NCBI GenBank assembly: GCA_001179505.1
Contig: CDMY01000510.1
Span: 290,551-354,449, forward strand
From: Vitrella brassicaformis CCMP3155
Lineage: Eukaryota; Protista; Chromerida
Length of the DNA stretch: 63,899 nt
Direction of reading: 5' to 3'
Shown in pieces: positions 1 through 13,050 of the stretch. The position numbers and the translations under genes are program-made. Within the stretch, counting starts at the first letter, position 1; every line of letters begins with the position of its first letter. Under the pieces are notes generated by a model that saw only the letters and a program-made list of their open reading frames with translations, searched no databases and had not been told where the DNA came from.

Positions 1-817
1 CCCCCCCACACACACACACACACACTCCCAGCCGCAACACCATCCACCAGTCAGTCGACGAGAGAAAAAGTGATCCATCGATCGAGATCGATCGGCAAAG
101 TAAAGTCACGGGTCGGCTCAGGCAGGGAGGCCGAGCGAACCGCAGAGAAAAATCCCATGTGTGTGTGGACGACAGAGAGGGAGAGAGAGAGAATGCCAGA
201 CAGACAGACAGAGACCCAATGAATGAGCACATGATGGCATGATGCCAGCCAGGTAGACATCAACACACACACACACACACACACAGAGCATCGCAGAGAG
301 ACAGAGAAAAGGGGCGGACGGCAGGCAGGCAGGCAGCTAGCGGCAGGGGGGAGCAGCCAGGAGCGAGCAGCCCACCCAGCGATCGCTGCCGTGGGACACA
401 CAAAAATAGGACGATTGATGGCACTTCGTCAACACACACACATGGCCGGCCGCTGGGTGTGTGTGTGCGTATGTGTAGGCGTCGACATGAGGGCAGCCAC
501 ACAGACAGACCATCCGGCGACAGATATATATAAAGAGAGAGACTCGTATATATGCTACACACTCCTTCTTTCTCCTCTTCTCTCCCCTCGGCTCTCCCAC
601 GCTCCCCTGCTCCCACCGAAAAAGAAGACCCTTACAGAGAGACGTATGTATTGTATCCCACACACAGACACAAATCCACAGACACACATCCATCCGTCCA
701 CAGACACACACATAAACTTGCCTCGCTCCCTCATAGCTATGTACCGCTGGCTGCCACGCCCCGGACGAACATCCATCCATACAGTCAGCAGAATCTCTGT
801 GTTGGAGTATCTATCGA

Positions 818-3800
818 TCACATCTCGTCCATGTCGAGCGTGGCGTCGTGTGGCATCGTCTCGCGGACTGTCCGGAAACCCCGCTCGGGCGACACCAAGC
901 CGAGATTGCTGACACTGCACACACACGACAAGAGAAAAGGGCGTGTCTGTCTGTCTGGCTGGCTCGGTGCGGGTGTGTGTGTGTGGGTGGGTGGGTGGGT
1001 GCTGACCGTGATGTGTAGATGCAGGAGTAATCCTGAACCTGAAGTGACGATGGATGGAAGCACAGAGAGAGAGAGAGAGAGAGAAAAGGGTCGGTCTTTG
1101 CTGTGTGTGGGAAGGGAGGGCACCTATGTGTGTGTTTGTGTCGGAGCCCTGCCCTCACCTGTTTGGCGAACCGAGAGTCTTGGTATCCCGCTTTGAAGAG
1201 CTGCCCCCATATGGGATGGAAACGGCTGTGGTACAACTGATGACCACAACCACAACCACACACACAACACACAACACACACACGCAACCAAAGCAGTCAC
1301 GTCACCTTGTGTGCCACCTCTGCGCCACTGACTGACCCAGTTCATTTCCTTGAGCTTCAGCTTGTGGTCCTGCTGCTCAGCCTCCCACCGATGGATCTGT
1401 CCACACACACATTCAGGCACCCATACACACACATGATCAGATCAGATCGCCCACCAACACAACACACGAACCACCCACACGCACCTGCTCGACCAGTATC
1501 TGCTCGGCCCTCGCGAGGTTCTCATCCTCATGCTCGTGCCGCAAGTGCAGCAGTGGCGACTCATCCGCGTCACCATCTGCAGGAGCATCATGGCCATGGT
1601 AGTTGTTGACCTGGTGGTGGGTGTGGGTGTGGTCGGCATGGGCCACCACATGCGGCATCCGGGGATCGGCATCAAGATCAAGATCAAGATGCTCATCACT
1701 CCCCTGTGCCAAGGCGTGTGTGTGCGGGGGTCTGGGTGTCCTCATTCGGGTGGTCCGCAGGCTGACGAGCTGCATCTTGAGGTCGTCGAGGACCACGTCG
1801 ATGTCCTGCATTTCGTTTCTCATTCGCTGAATGGTGCCGGCGAGCTGACACACACGAGATAAAGGTGGATGGGGGATGGGGGAGGGGGAGAGGGGAAAAG
1901 CATATGTGTGTGTGGGTCACGTACATCTTTCTCCTGCTGGAGGATCTTGACTTCGTAAGCCAGCTCAGGCACGATCTGACATGTCCGCCAACCCAAATTC
2001 CTCTTCCCTGGTTATCAACACACACACACACACACACACGCAGAGCAGAGCAGAGCAGAGCAGACACACACACTTGGTGCCCATGACATGGGAGGTCGTG
2101 TGTCAGCCCAGTCAGTGTGTGTGACCTTGGAGGATGTCCGAGTACATGTGGTCGCCCACATAGAGAATCTCGCTGCCCCGCGACTCTACCCGCAGCAGCT
2201 TGTGCAGGTGCTTCCAGTTGCCCCCCTGGAACACATGACCCTGGTCGATGGATCGATCAACACGCACACAGACAGAGGAGAGGTGAGATGAACTCGTGTG
2301 TGAGGTGAGAGTGGGTATGTCTGTGGCGTGGCGTGGGTTTGGTTAGGTTACTTTTTGCAAAAACCTCTGTATGCTGTCCTCATCTCCGTCGACAATGGTG
2401 AGGTCGGCGTTGGCCAGACTGCCGTCCGTCGTGTTGACGCGGAACAGCTGCAGATTGGGGTCGTTCAGAAAATCTGATCAATCCGCATGGCATACACACA
2501 CACATAAAGGCCACAGACGAGTGCCCAGATGGCTGCCATCTAGTTACTCGGTTTCCCGCTGCCGACGATGACGATGTCGAAGAGTTCCAGCCAGTCCAAG
2601 CCCCGCTCCTCTTCATAGTTGTTGCTGTTGCAAGAATGGCAAAGCAGAGATGGTCGGGCGTTGCGCTGCGTTGCGTGTCCCGGCTCCGGCTCACCCGACT
2701 ATGAAGTTCATGGCCACATGGGTGTAGTCCCAGTGGCTGTTGGTCAGCAGAAACACCTACACATCACACATACAACAAAAACACACACACACATAAGCCA
2801 AGCCATCCGCCATGGTGTGGTGCCTTCCGCTCCCTCCCTCCCGCCACTGCCCACCCCACTCACTCCCTCAGTCACCTTCTTGCCGCTGGCTCGGTATCTC
2901 TGTATCATGGGCACGATGTTGAGGTCGGGGAATACGTATCTCGCGGGGTCCTGTGCGACGGTCTCCTTGATGGTGCCGTCGCGGTGGCACATGTCCACGC
3001 AGTGATGCACCTCGTCGAACATCTGGGAGTAGGGCGGGAAGGACAAGTCGGGCCGGGTGTCCTTCAGGTCCACCAGCTGGGCGAACAGACACGCGTCGAC
3101 CAGCTGCACAGCACACAACCACAAACAGGGAGAGAGAGAGAGGGTGATGAGACTGCCCAGCCCATTGTGTGAGTCTGATCTTGTTCGTTCTGTCTTTGTG
3201 ACCTGGAAGAGGGTGTCGATGGCGACATAGTGTTTCTCCGAGAAGGACGGCATTCGATCGAAGTACTCGAGGTAGAGCGTCCTCTTCTGCTCCGAGTTGA
3301 GCATCCGGGTGCCGTGGAAGACCGTTTTGACGTACTTGTGCCGGTCGACCTTCAGGAAGTTGCCCCTGGCCTTGTCGATGACGACACCCCGCCGAAACAA
3401 GGCCGGGTTGTACTGGAAGGCGAGTATTTCCTTTGGGTAGCCGTACTTGTAGACGAGCTTCTCCTGCGCCCCCCGGTAGCCCAGCAGGTCGAAGGCCACA
3501 TTGTACTGCGCCAGGGTGAAGTCCATGTCGAAGCCGACCGCACGGATCTTGCGCATCTCCAGCTCACGGTTGCAAAAGATGTCCTACCAGACAGACAGAC
3601 AGACAGACAACAGAAGCACGTGTGAGGAAAGTACAGTTACTTGTCTGCCTGTCTGGCTGTCTGTCTGGCTGTCTGTCTATCTGTCTGGGCCCTCACCTTG
3701 TTGCCCGACGTCCGATGATGCGGCACTTCGGTTTCGGTGGTGGCGGCCTTCCACTGCGGCTCCCCACTTCGCTGCAGATCCACCCTGTCCAAAGTCACCA

Positions 3801-4299
3801 CATCGATGCCGTCCTCGTCGAACTTATAGATGGGGGGCGAGTGGCTGGTCCTCGGCGCAAGGAACACGCCCTCGGCGGGGTTGCTTTGCAACGGACCCAC
3901 CAGGGACGACACCACACTGGCGTCAGACACAGAAGAACCCACAGGCAGATCCTCATCGCCATCATCACCACCAGTATTATCGCTTTCTGACGGGGGCGCC
4001 TCGACAGCTGCCGTCGCCGCGTCTGTGTCGGCCTCGCCGAGCCGCACCGTTGCCGCGACCCGCCGCCTTGGCGGCCTCACGAGATCCACCGAGCGCTTGT
4101 GCCTCTGTGAGCCGAGCAGCCTCCTTGACGGGAACTGAAAGGCCGAGTGGGAGGCGGGCTCCAGCTGACGCTGCGGTGATGCTGAGAGTGGAGCACTCCT
4201 TCCAGCAGTGAGCAGCAGTGAGCATCCCCAGAAGAGAGAGCGGATCCGCGATGGGATAGAGGAGCTCTTGGCGCAGGAAGATTCCAGCGTGGTGGCCAT
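818..4299 (-). CDS. HAD-superfamily cytosolic purine 5'-nucleotidase (cN-II/NT5DC family), multi-exon, with probable bipartite plastid-targeting leader
   Basis: Spliced exons give family motifs DIFCNRELEMRKIRAVGFDMDFTLAQY (3590-3500), VFLLTNSHWDYT, DWLELFDIVIVGSGKP, FQGGNWKHLHKLL, ILYVGDHMYSDIL, GWRTCQIVPEL and HPIWGQLFKAGYQDSRFAKQVQDYSCIYTSRVSNL; GT-AG junctions keep frame; TGA stop at 818-820. Confidence 0.93.
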
Positions 4300-4372
4300 A
4301 GCTGCAGGCGTAGATGCTCGGCTCAGGCAGCTGCGTTTCCCCTCCAGACGACCAGCCGATTCCTCACTGAGA

Positions 4373-4387
4373 CTGCGAGCTTAGCTC
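4373..4387 (+). promoter_or_regulatory. Candidate promoter motif CTGCGAGCTTAGCTC in the divergent nucleotidase/TLDc spacer
   Basis: Near-identical copy at 14183-14200 and partial copies at 43697-43707, 46022-46030, 53249-53261 and 61339-61348, all in 5' flanks. Confidence 0.45.
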
Positions 4388-4454
4388 ATCCTGACAGTTT
4401 CGCGATTCCGACGCTAACCGAAAGCGGCATCGCTATCTCTTTGGTTTGTTCGCC

Positions 4455-6538
4455 ATGGCGGCAGCTGCTGCTGCAGCGGCAGCACCGTCCAGCAAGAAGC
4501 GGAAGCTGCCCGCTGGTCTCGCTGATCCATCCAGCCTGCGTGAGTTGACGAGCGGTCTGCCGACCATCGACGCCTGTCTGGCGGCAGTGGCCGACTCGCT
4601 TGACGATTGGAAGGCTAGCGTGCAGAGTGCAGTGGAGGCCGCCGAGTTAGAGGCCAAGCGACTGGTGGATGAGATTAAGGGGATGATAGAGGGCAGTGGC
4701 GGTGTGCTGGAGCACGGCATCCTGGAGGAGTATCTGCGGCTCAACGTGGGAGGTGAGCTTGAGGCGTGAAGATCAGTGCAGTGCAACGGACGACCCGTTT
4801 CAGATTTGTTTGATGATCTGTGTGGGTGGTGTGTTTGCAGGTCGCGTGTTGTCGTTTCCGTACGAGGCGTTGGTCCACCCCGAGCTGCACAACACGGTTG
4901 TGGCTCAGATGCTGCTGTACTTCAGAGCCGCCCTCCCCCAGGATGCCGCCGGCAACCCGTTCGTCGACTCATTCGATGGGTACTTCGATAGACTGGCCGG
5001 TGAGCGCGATGAAGGCGACTGTTTCAGATGAGATTCTGATTCCTCTGTCGTGTGTGTGTGTGTGTGTCACATGCAGATCAGGTGTCCATGGTGTATGCTG
5101 GGCAGCTGGGCGGCCTGGTGCTGTTCGATCCGGAGGCCGCCGATCCTGCGCACGCAGAGCCCCACGCCATCTTCGCCACCAAACTCGACCTCACGCCACC
5201 CGTCAACACGCCAGCCACCCCCCCAGCAGGCAACGACCGGTCGCTGGAGGGACTGGCGGACGTAGCCGACAGGGCCCTGGCTGGTGTCAAGCGGCGCATC
5301 ATGGCACTGCGCAACACCAAGTGGGCGTATGAGAAGCTCATCGATTTTTTGGGGCCATTTCTGAAGAGCGGCAATGTGGAGGAGGACACCATCGTGAGTG
5401 TGCAGATCCGTGGCGAGACCGTGTCGACGGTTAAGGCCACACTCAACCGCCTCGGGACCAATCATGCGCTCTACAATAGATTCGACACGTGAGCTGACGC
5501 ACATCACACACGGATGGCAGGTGGCAGACAGAGAGCTGTGCGCCTTCTCCACGACTTCACTTTGGGGTGCTGGCCAGGGATGCGGTGGCGTGGAGCGGTG
5601 CGGATGTGCGCAAGACATCGTTTGAGCACTTCCGGCGCATCGTCGACTTCGCCCGCAGACAGCGGTATGGCCGCCGGAGGAATGGACAAAACAGGCATGC
5701 AGCCAATTGATGTGTACGGCTGTGTCAGGACCGGCATGGCGGGCAGCGCGGTGAAACCGCCGGTGGTACAGGCATCGATGATGGAGGCGTTGGAGGAGGA
5801 CTGCACCATGTACGGCATCAAGAAAGAGGAGTTTCGCACCAGCATCGCATCGGCGAGCGAGGTCAAGAGGGTGCTCACGATGATGGACAAACGAGACCGG
5901 CAGCTGAAGCTCCTCTATAAGTGAGGGCGGAGAAAAACACAAGGAAATGAATGCGGGCTTGCTTCTATCGTATCATATGCACTGGGTCTCTGTGGGTGAA
6001 ATATTTGTGCAGGATGAGTCGCGACGGGGCTGCGTACACCGACCTGCTCAACGGTGTCGGCGACGCGAGCGGCCTGCTGTTCGTCATCCAGGACGGCAGC
6101 ACACACAAATTCAGCGCCTTCATCGACGGCCCCCTCGCACAGCCCGCCGACCCCACACGCCACAAGGTCAGCCGCTGCCCCATATCGCTCTACAGCATCA
6201 GCGGGGCGTATGACGCGCCAACCAAGATCCCCCTGCCGGCAGAGAAGCCACAGAGCGTGGCGGTCGCGGGGCGGGAGGGGGCGGTGCTGGGCAGCAGTGG
6301 GCAGTCAAGCGGCAACGTGTACATCGGCGAGATGGGTGCAGCAGTGCTCTGGCTGGGCAAGGCCGAGCCCGGTCCAGCTGCTGACCTGCGCAGCTGCCAC
6401 GTGTGGGTCACAGAGGCCCACTTGCCTCCCGGCTATCGGGGGGCGATGGATGAGGGCAAGGGCATACTGGCGACAGACAAGAACTTCACAGCGACGGAAA
6501 TCGATGTGCTTTCTCTGGTGGGCGGGGTGACACGATAA
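4455..6538 (+). CDS. BTB/POZ-like (x2) + C-terminal TLDc domain protein
   Basis: Five exons (about 4455-4753, 4841-4999, 5078-5489, 5578-5665, 5729-5900) plus a last exon 6013-6538. LRLNVGGRVL and VSVQIRGETVSTVKATL resemble BTB_2 starts; LLY(R)MSRDG...LFVIQD...KFSAFIDG...FTATEIDV is a TLDc pattern. Confidence 0.85.
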
Positions 6539-6850
6539 TACGCGCCTGCACACATGGACGTCGACGTGCTCTTCTCATGTGTGTGTGTGTGTGTGTGTGT
6601 TTGTTCAGGTGTGACGCCGTCGATCGTAGCGACCGGCGACAGACGTATTCACGAACCCGTGTTGTGTTGATGGTAGCGTCATGGAATGGCTGCGTGCTCA
6701 GTGCGATCAAATGATTTACATACATGCGGCACGGACACAGCAACAGCGTACACACACCCATTCATTCACACACACACACACATGCACACACACCGTCAGC
6801 AGTCAGGACGGACGACACTCAGCAATCCTCCCACCCCTCCCAGCCGACAC

Positions 6851-9524
6851 TTAGCCCTCGGCCGATTCCTCGTTTTTGGTGTCAGTGGTCTGCTTGTTCT
6901 CGGTCTCAAAGGCCGTCATGTGCTGAATGGCGTTCTCAAATTTCTCCAATTTCCTGCAAACACGCAGCACAACACAACCACAGCCGATGGCAGCCGTGGC
7001 CTGGCCACAATCAGGCGCTCTCTCAGCAAGTCGGCTTAACGTACCAGCACTTGGATGGACAGTCAGACTTCTTGAGAATGTTCTTATTCTGCCCAGCGTC
7101 GTCCCAGCAGTCGACGATTCCGAAGTAGGGGCTCTCGTTGAGCGGCTCCAGACACTTGAAGCCGTCCTGAGCTGTCCTTTTCTGAAACACGCAACACACA
7201 TACAGGGGTTGCCTGTCTGTCCGTCTGTCTGTCTGTCTCTGTGCGTGTGAGAGGTGTCGGGCCAACCATGAGTCTGAAGAAGTGGTTCTTGACCTTGTCG
7301 ACGCACTCGCTCATGTAGGCCACGTCCCACTCGTCGTTCCAAATCTCACGCTTGAAACGATGCTGGGGCAGACAGACAAAGATGCCACGTGGAGAGAGAG
7401 ACACCGAGACACACAGACGGAGATGTGGACCAATGACGGCTGGCTGTTCTGGGGCTTTTTCCTCTTGTACTCTCTTTTCGAGGGAGTAGTCCTTGGGCCT
7501 GTAGTCGCACTGCCGCATCTGCAGCTCGTAGCTGATCGTGTCCGTCAGATTCTTGCTCAGCATGCCGAGACACTACCACACACAGAGAGACGGTATGTGT
7601 GTGTCTCCCCCCCTCTGCCCTGTGTGCGTGTGTGTGTGTGTCGTAGCTCAGCTCAGCCAACCATGCCGTTCATGTTTCTGAATCTGTATTTGCAGACGCG
7701 TGTGGTGTCCTCGTTCTTGTTGTTTTTGAACTTCTCCATGATCTCGGTGCAGCCGGCGCCCGGGAGGATGGCCCAGATGTTCTGGAAGGTGGGGTTGGAC
7801 TGGGAGGGGTTCCTCCCGCACTCTGTCGATATCTCCAGACCTGCTGCCTCACCCTGTGTGGTTGGTGAGACACAACACAAGATGAGATAGAGGGTTCTCT
7901 CGGCCGCGTGTGATATATTTTGTCGTCATTCTTTTCTCACGTTGCCGGTGTAGGTGAGGCAGCCCTGCTGGCCGGCCTTCATTGTCCAGACTGCACACAG
8001 ATATAGAGGAGAGAGAGAGTGAAGGCGGGCGGATGAACGGGCGTATTATTCTCTCTGGCTCGTTGCTGACTGTTGGGTGTCTTTTCGATCTGCCAGATGC
8101 CTGGGTGGCCCTTCTTTGGGTTGTCAGCAGGACAGTCCACCAGCCGGTACGCCGTGGGGGGATCCACATCTGTGGGTGGACGGACGGGCAGCTTGCACGT
8201 GAAAAACGCATTGAGGTCTTCCTCTTGATATATGGTTTGCTTACCGTCTCTGGCCAGGCAGAGCAGCGTCTGCTGCTCATGATCTGAAAGGTCTTCTCGA
8301 CTGCAAAACACTCCCAGCCCAGCCCAGCCCCCATCCACCACAGCGATAGAGACAGACACCAACGGGGTGATCATTCCTTTCCTTCCTTCGTACGTACGCT
8401 GGTGTTTGATCCTCCACATTTGCTTCTTGGAGATGGTCTGCCCCGCCGTGCCGGCCGACTCACACGGCTCCGTCGTCACCTTGGGCGCCCCGCTCTCCTC
8501 CTCTTCAGCGATGCTCAGGCACACATCGTCCCGGACGTTGCGCATCTGGAACCGGGGCTCCTTGCAGGGGCTGTCGGCCAGCTCTGCAGCCGACGGACGG
8601 GAGGCGCCGGGAGTTAGCTTGGACACGCAGTCGGCGGCAGTGCATGGGTCAACGAAGGCCAGCTCGAACTGACCGGAGCGCTCGAAGGGAATGCACTCAC
8701 GCTGTAGGAAAGAGAGGCAGATGGATCCATGGACGATGAGCTACGCAGGCAGAGTGTGGATGTTCATAAGAGTTACCAGTGCCTTAGCGTCGAGGCATCG
8801 TTGGTTGGTGAGGCACTCGTCGGGGCATTCAGGGGTGGTCGTCTTGATGTTAAACGCTGCACAAACAAGACAAGACAAAAAGTCTGTGCATGGTAGAGAA
8901 TACATCAGCTGCTCCTCACCGCAGGCCTGACAGCTCCGTTGGCAGACATGCATCAGCTTAAGCCCACGCTGGACAGAGAGAAACACGTGCACCCGAATTG
9001 GTAGGTATAAGCAGTTTGTGTCTCCCTCCCAGTGGCCTCACAAAGAAGAGATTGTTGGATTTCTCCGGAATCCAGTTCTGCATGCACATCTCGGCTGGGC
9101 TGGTGCCCGTCGCCAGCTTGGTCTCACACCCACCGCCCTCCTGGCTGCCCACATAGGCGTCGAAGATGTTGTCCTGGATGTCGGTGCACCCCAACCGGGC
9201 CAGCAGGCTCTTGAGGGTGTTCTCAACCGCACCTGCCCCCTCGGTCTTCTCTTCAGTCGGTTGATCCTCCTCCAGAAAGGCAGAGGGCGTTGACGCGTTG
9301 ACGGCTGCACTGTGCCGATGGCCTGCATTGCAACAAGGAGCCATGATGACAGTAAGGACCGCACTGCAGAGGCGGTGCTTACCAAATCGAAATGTCCCCC
9401 TTGGAGAGATGAGTGCGTCCAGCTGTTCCCTTGTTCTCGTTTCGTAGGCTTTCGCTGCTGCGATGATGGCCATTGCAATGCCAGCCACCAGCATGATGGC
9501 CGATGGATGACGTGAACAAGCCAT
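6851..9524 (-). CDS. Secreted Cys-rich protein: signal peptide, ShKT-like 6-Cys module, ricin-B (beta-trefoil) lectin-like repeats
   Basis: Hydrophobic N-terminus MLVAGIAMAIIAAAKA (ATG 9524 or 9494); spliced CTD...C...C...CQRSCQAC; ricin-type FQMRNVRDDVCLSI...EPC...KQMWRI, LLCLARD...YRLVDC...GIWQI and GFKCLEP...GIVDCWD; ends KLEKFENAIQHM...SAEG-TAA at 6851. Confidence 0.75.
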
Positions 9525-9735
9525 CAGCCGCCGGAGCGGGTTGCCGGATGCGATTGGAGTGTATGGCCTGCAACGAGCCGTGGCTGCGATGCGGGAGGGA
9601 ATGGAGGGAAACCTGCCCCCCGAGGCGAGCTTTTGGGGCCCGTGGCATCCGCAATCGAACTCCGGGACTTAGACAATCGGACACAGACAATCGGAATCGG
9701 ACAAGTTGGACTCAATTGGTTGACGTGCGTGTTTC

Positions 9736-12700
9736 ATGCATTCGGTGTCTGCTGGAGCCCAGTTGGTAGGGCCGGCGGCAGCAGGGCCCTTTCTCTACTA
9801 TGAGTCACGTCTCGAAGACCTGTAAGACCAGGGAGGGAAAGGCAAACGAACAGAGGCTACACACAGGGACGGATCACACATGAGACGGTCTGATAATTGT
9901 TTTGGTGTCTGTCTGGTGTCCGTGTAGTGAGAAGCGCCGACAGCACCTGGATGAGAGGTATGCAGCCGCAGAAGCGACCGCATGCACTCGGCCATGCCCG
10001 TTCTGTCTGTTGCCATGTTTGCAGGCTTGTGCTGCGTCGCGAGGTGGTGTGTCGGGAGGAGGGCATCCGGGCAAAAATCATGCAGAAGAGGCTCGACAGG
10101 ATACAGGTGCGCACAGAGGCCGGTTGTCCGCTGGTGTTGTGCCATTCATTATCGATGTCACCTCACCGGCCATGCAGGCAGAGGAGCCCAAGATGAATGA
10201 CAGGAACCAGCGGCTGTTGAAGGAATTGCATCGGAAGTCACAGTCCATCAGCCCCAGGGGACGGGGCAGGTCGCCTTTCTTCGGGTATGCACAGCACAGC
10301 AGCGAGGGTGCGCTATACGCTTGCATGCATGTGCAATGGTTTGTTTGTTCGTTAACAAACAGTATATCGACGAGCCATGTGCTCAAAGACCAGAAGTCGC
10401 AGTTCCTCAACATCATACAGGTCAGTCAGTGAGATCAACATCATGGCAGGCGATGGATGCGCAGATATCCTCTTACCAATACTTGGCTCCGTGTGTGTGT
10501 GTCTGTGCAGTCCGCGTCATTATCGTGGCAGCGTCAGGTGGAGGAGGACTGCAGGAGACACATAAACAGGACACAGATACAAACAGAGGTAAGGCGGTAC
10601 ACACACACACACACACACAATGATCGTACTCTTCCGGTTCGTTCTCGGCAGCGTTTGAAGGTTCGTCGTCTGGAGCTGGATCGCTTCTGGACGGTGCAGC
10701 AGCAGCTCATGCAGGTAGGGAGGTATACAAACACTAGACAGACACAATGAAGGAAGGCATCAGACAGTCAGGTGAAGGCCTGCAATGCCTGTCCAATGGT
10801 ATACGTAGGAACTGCACTCAGCGAGGAAGGAGCTGGCCGACGAACAGGTGAGTGACGGACGACAGAGACGTGACAATATGAAAGGGCCTGCACGTCACTC
10901 ATTCATTCATACGCTTCTCTCTCCCTTCCGCTTGTTGTGCCAGCGGCGTTTGAACGACGAGGCCCGGCGTCGGTACCTGCAGCTGCTGGAGCAGAGGATG
11001 CAGCCGCCCCCACACGCCGCCACGGCACCCGCACCAAATGTCCAACACATATTCGTGCGACATGAGGTCAGTCAGCTGCACATGAGTGAGTTGACTGACA
11101 TGCAAGGGGGACATGATCGCTTCACGCGCCCGCCCTCTCGTGCCTCCCTCTCTATCTATCAGGGAACGAGCAGCTCCACTGTACGTTTCCTGGCCGGGGA
11201 GCTGACCAACGGTGCCTCCAATCCCTCCATCATATCTGTCTCTTCCCCCCGCCATGACGACCAATCCCGCTCGTCCGCCGGGCGGTCAGCGTCTCAGGCC
11301 CGTTTTCTCTCCATCGGCTCCCCGACGCCAGGCAGCCGCCTCAAGTGGCAAGAGCCACAGACACTCCCAGAGAGCATCCCAATGGCGAGGGAGAAAAGCG
11401 ATGAAGGGGATTATCAACACGACGAGGACTTGGAGACATCGCCAGAGTGCTCTCCCGGCTCTTACGACGGGCTGTCCAAGGTGTCGCGGCTGTCGCACAT
11501 CAGCAAGCTCTCCCGGGGTGCGCGGCGCTCAGCCAAGGCCAAGAAGGCTGCTGGGGCCAAGAGGTCGGCCCTTGCTGTCGACCAAAGGGCGAAGCTGTCT
11601 TCTGGATCACCCTCACCCACCTTCAGCCCTTCAGAATTCGAGGCCCAGTCACGGCTTGCGGCACATCAACCGGCAGCCGTCAGAGTGGAGGCCGAGAGAC
11701 CGCCCCCGAGACGTGTGGAGACGGAAGGACTGGCGCGTGCACCTGAGGCCCCATCTGCCCCGCCTCGCATAGTGAAGGCGATGTTGCCGGTGCGATCGCA
11801 GCTGCCTGCCGGGTCGTGGGGTGCCGAGGTGATGCTGCAGCTGGGGCTGGACCCCAGTGACCACGACGTGATTGGCGAGATAGGGCCGCACCCCAGGACA
11901 GCACCGGCAAGAGCATCGGCTGGGGTGAGTGGACGAAGCCATTTCGGTGTTTGGGTGTCATGGGCGATCGATGGGCGTGTCTCTGTGTGTGGTGGATGTG
12001 GGTGCAGGACATGGTGTTTGATGACGATGCCTCGCGCAGTGCGACGATCGCCACAGCATTGAAGAACAGAACATATAAGTGCGCCGAACAGAAGCCATTC
12101 CTTCCAACAAGAAAGCTTCACGTGCATACATAATTATGTGTGTTGGCATGTCTGTCTGTCTCAGTGCGCTTGAGAGGATGGAGCAGGACCTGCTGCATGA
12201 CCTCCACAGACTGGACGCCTTCCAAACGGACCTCCACATGCACATGCAGATGAACACCGCCCCACCGCCACTCTCTTCCGTCCACTCCCGCGCCCGCCAG
12301 CAGACAGACAGCCTGACGGTCCCCCTCCCTCCCCTCTCCTCCCACTCGACCCCCGCACTCCACAGACGCCCCTCGCCAATCGCCCAGCCGCTGGGCACCT
12401 CCCTGCCGCCATCCGAGCTGGGCACGGCCACGTCTCCGTTCCACACCGACAGGCAGACGACGGACAGGACAGCCAACCAGCCATCATTCCGCGAAGGACG
12501 AGGGCAGGCCCCGACTATCTCACCGCCGGTGAGTGGACAGCGGTGGGGGGAGCGGACGGGCGACTTCGGCTCTCCCAGCGAGACCAACAACAACACCATG
12601 AAGGTCGGCACTCTGCCCTCCATCATGGAGCACGGGGGCAGCTCTGGACAGCTCAACAAGTCAGCCGATGAGACTGCCACAGCCGCCCCTCCCCCGCCCC

Positions 12701-13050
12701 CTCCACATTCACAGCATCCAGAGGCCCTTCCATCACTCCCACTGCCGAGAGGAGAAGAAGAAAAGGCCGCCGATGAGACATCGAAGCCCAACTCCACAGC
12801 CACGGAGACAGCCACGCAGCCGCCCATATTCGGATCGGCAAGCGGCGGCATGGGGACCCTGGCTGGCGGGCATGAGGAGGGCAAGAGCTACTTCATCGGT
12901 GGCAAGAGTCGTGGGAGTGGGAACTTGGCTGAGCTTGACCGGTTGATAGAGGGGGAGAGGGAGAGGGAGCAGTCGAGTGGGGGCGGAGTGATGATGCCTG
13001 AGGAGGATGAGTTTGAGGACGACGAGGGGCTGCCGCTGCCCGGGCTGTGA
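9736..13050 (+). CDS. Coiled-coil N-terminus + long Ser/Pro-rich low-complexity protein; N-terminus resembles centrosomal kizuna
   Basis: In-frame splicing from ATG 9736 gives PFLYYESRLEDLEKRRQHLDERLVLRRE...RIQAEEPKMNDRNQRLLKEL; later exons overlap ORFs 10848-12062 and 12079-13050 (TGA). The gene is well supported; the kizuna likeness is recalled similarity only. Confidence 0.6.
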
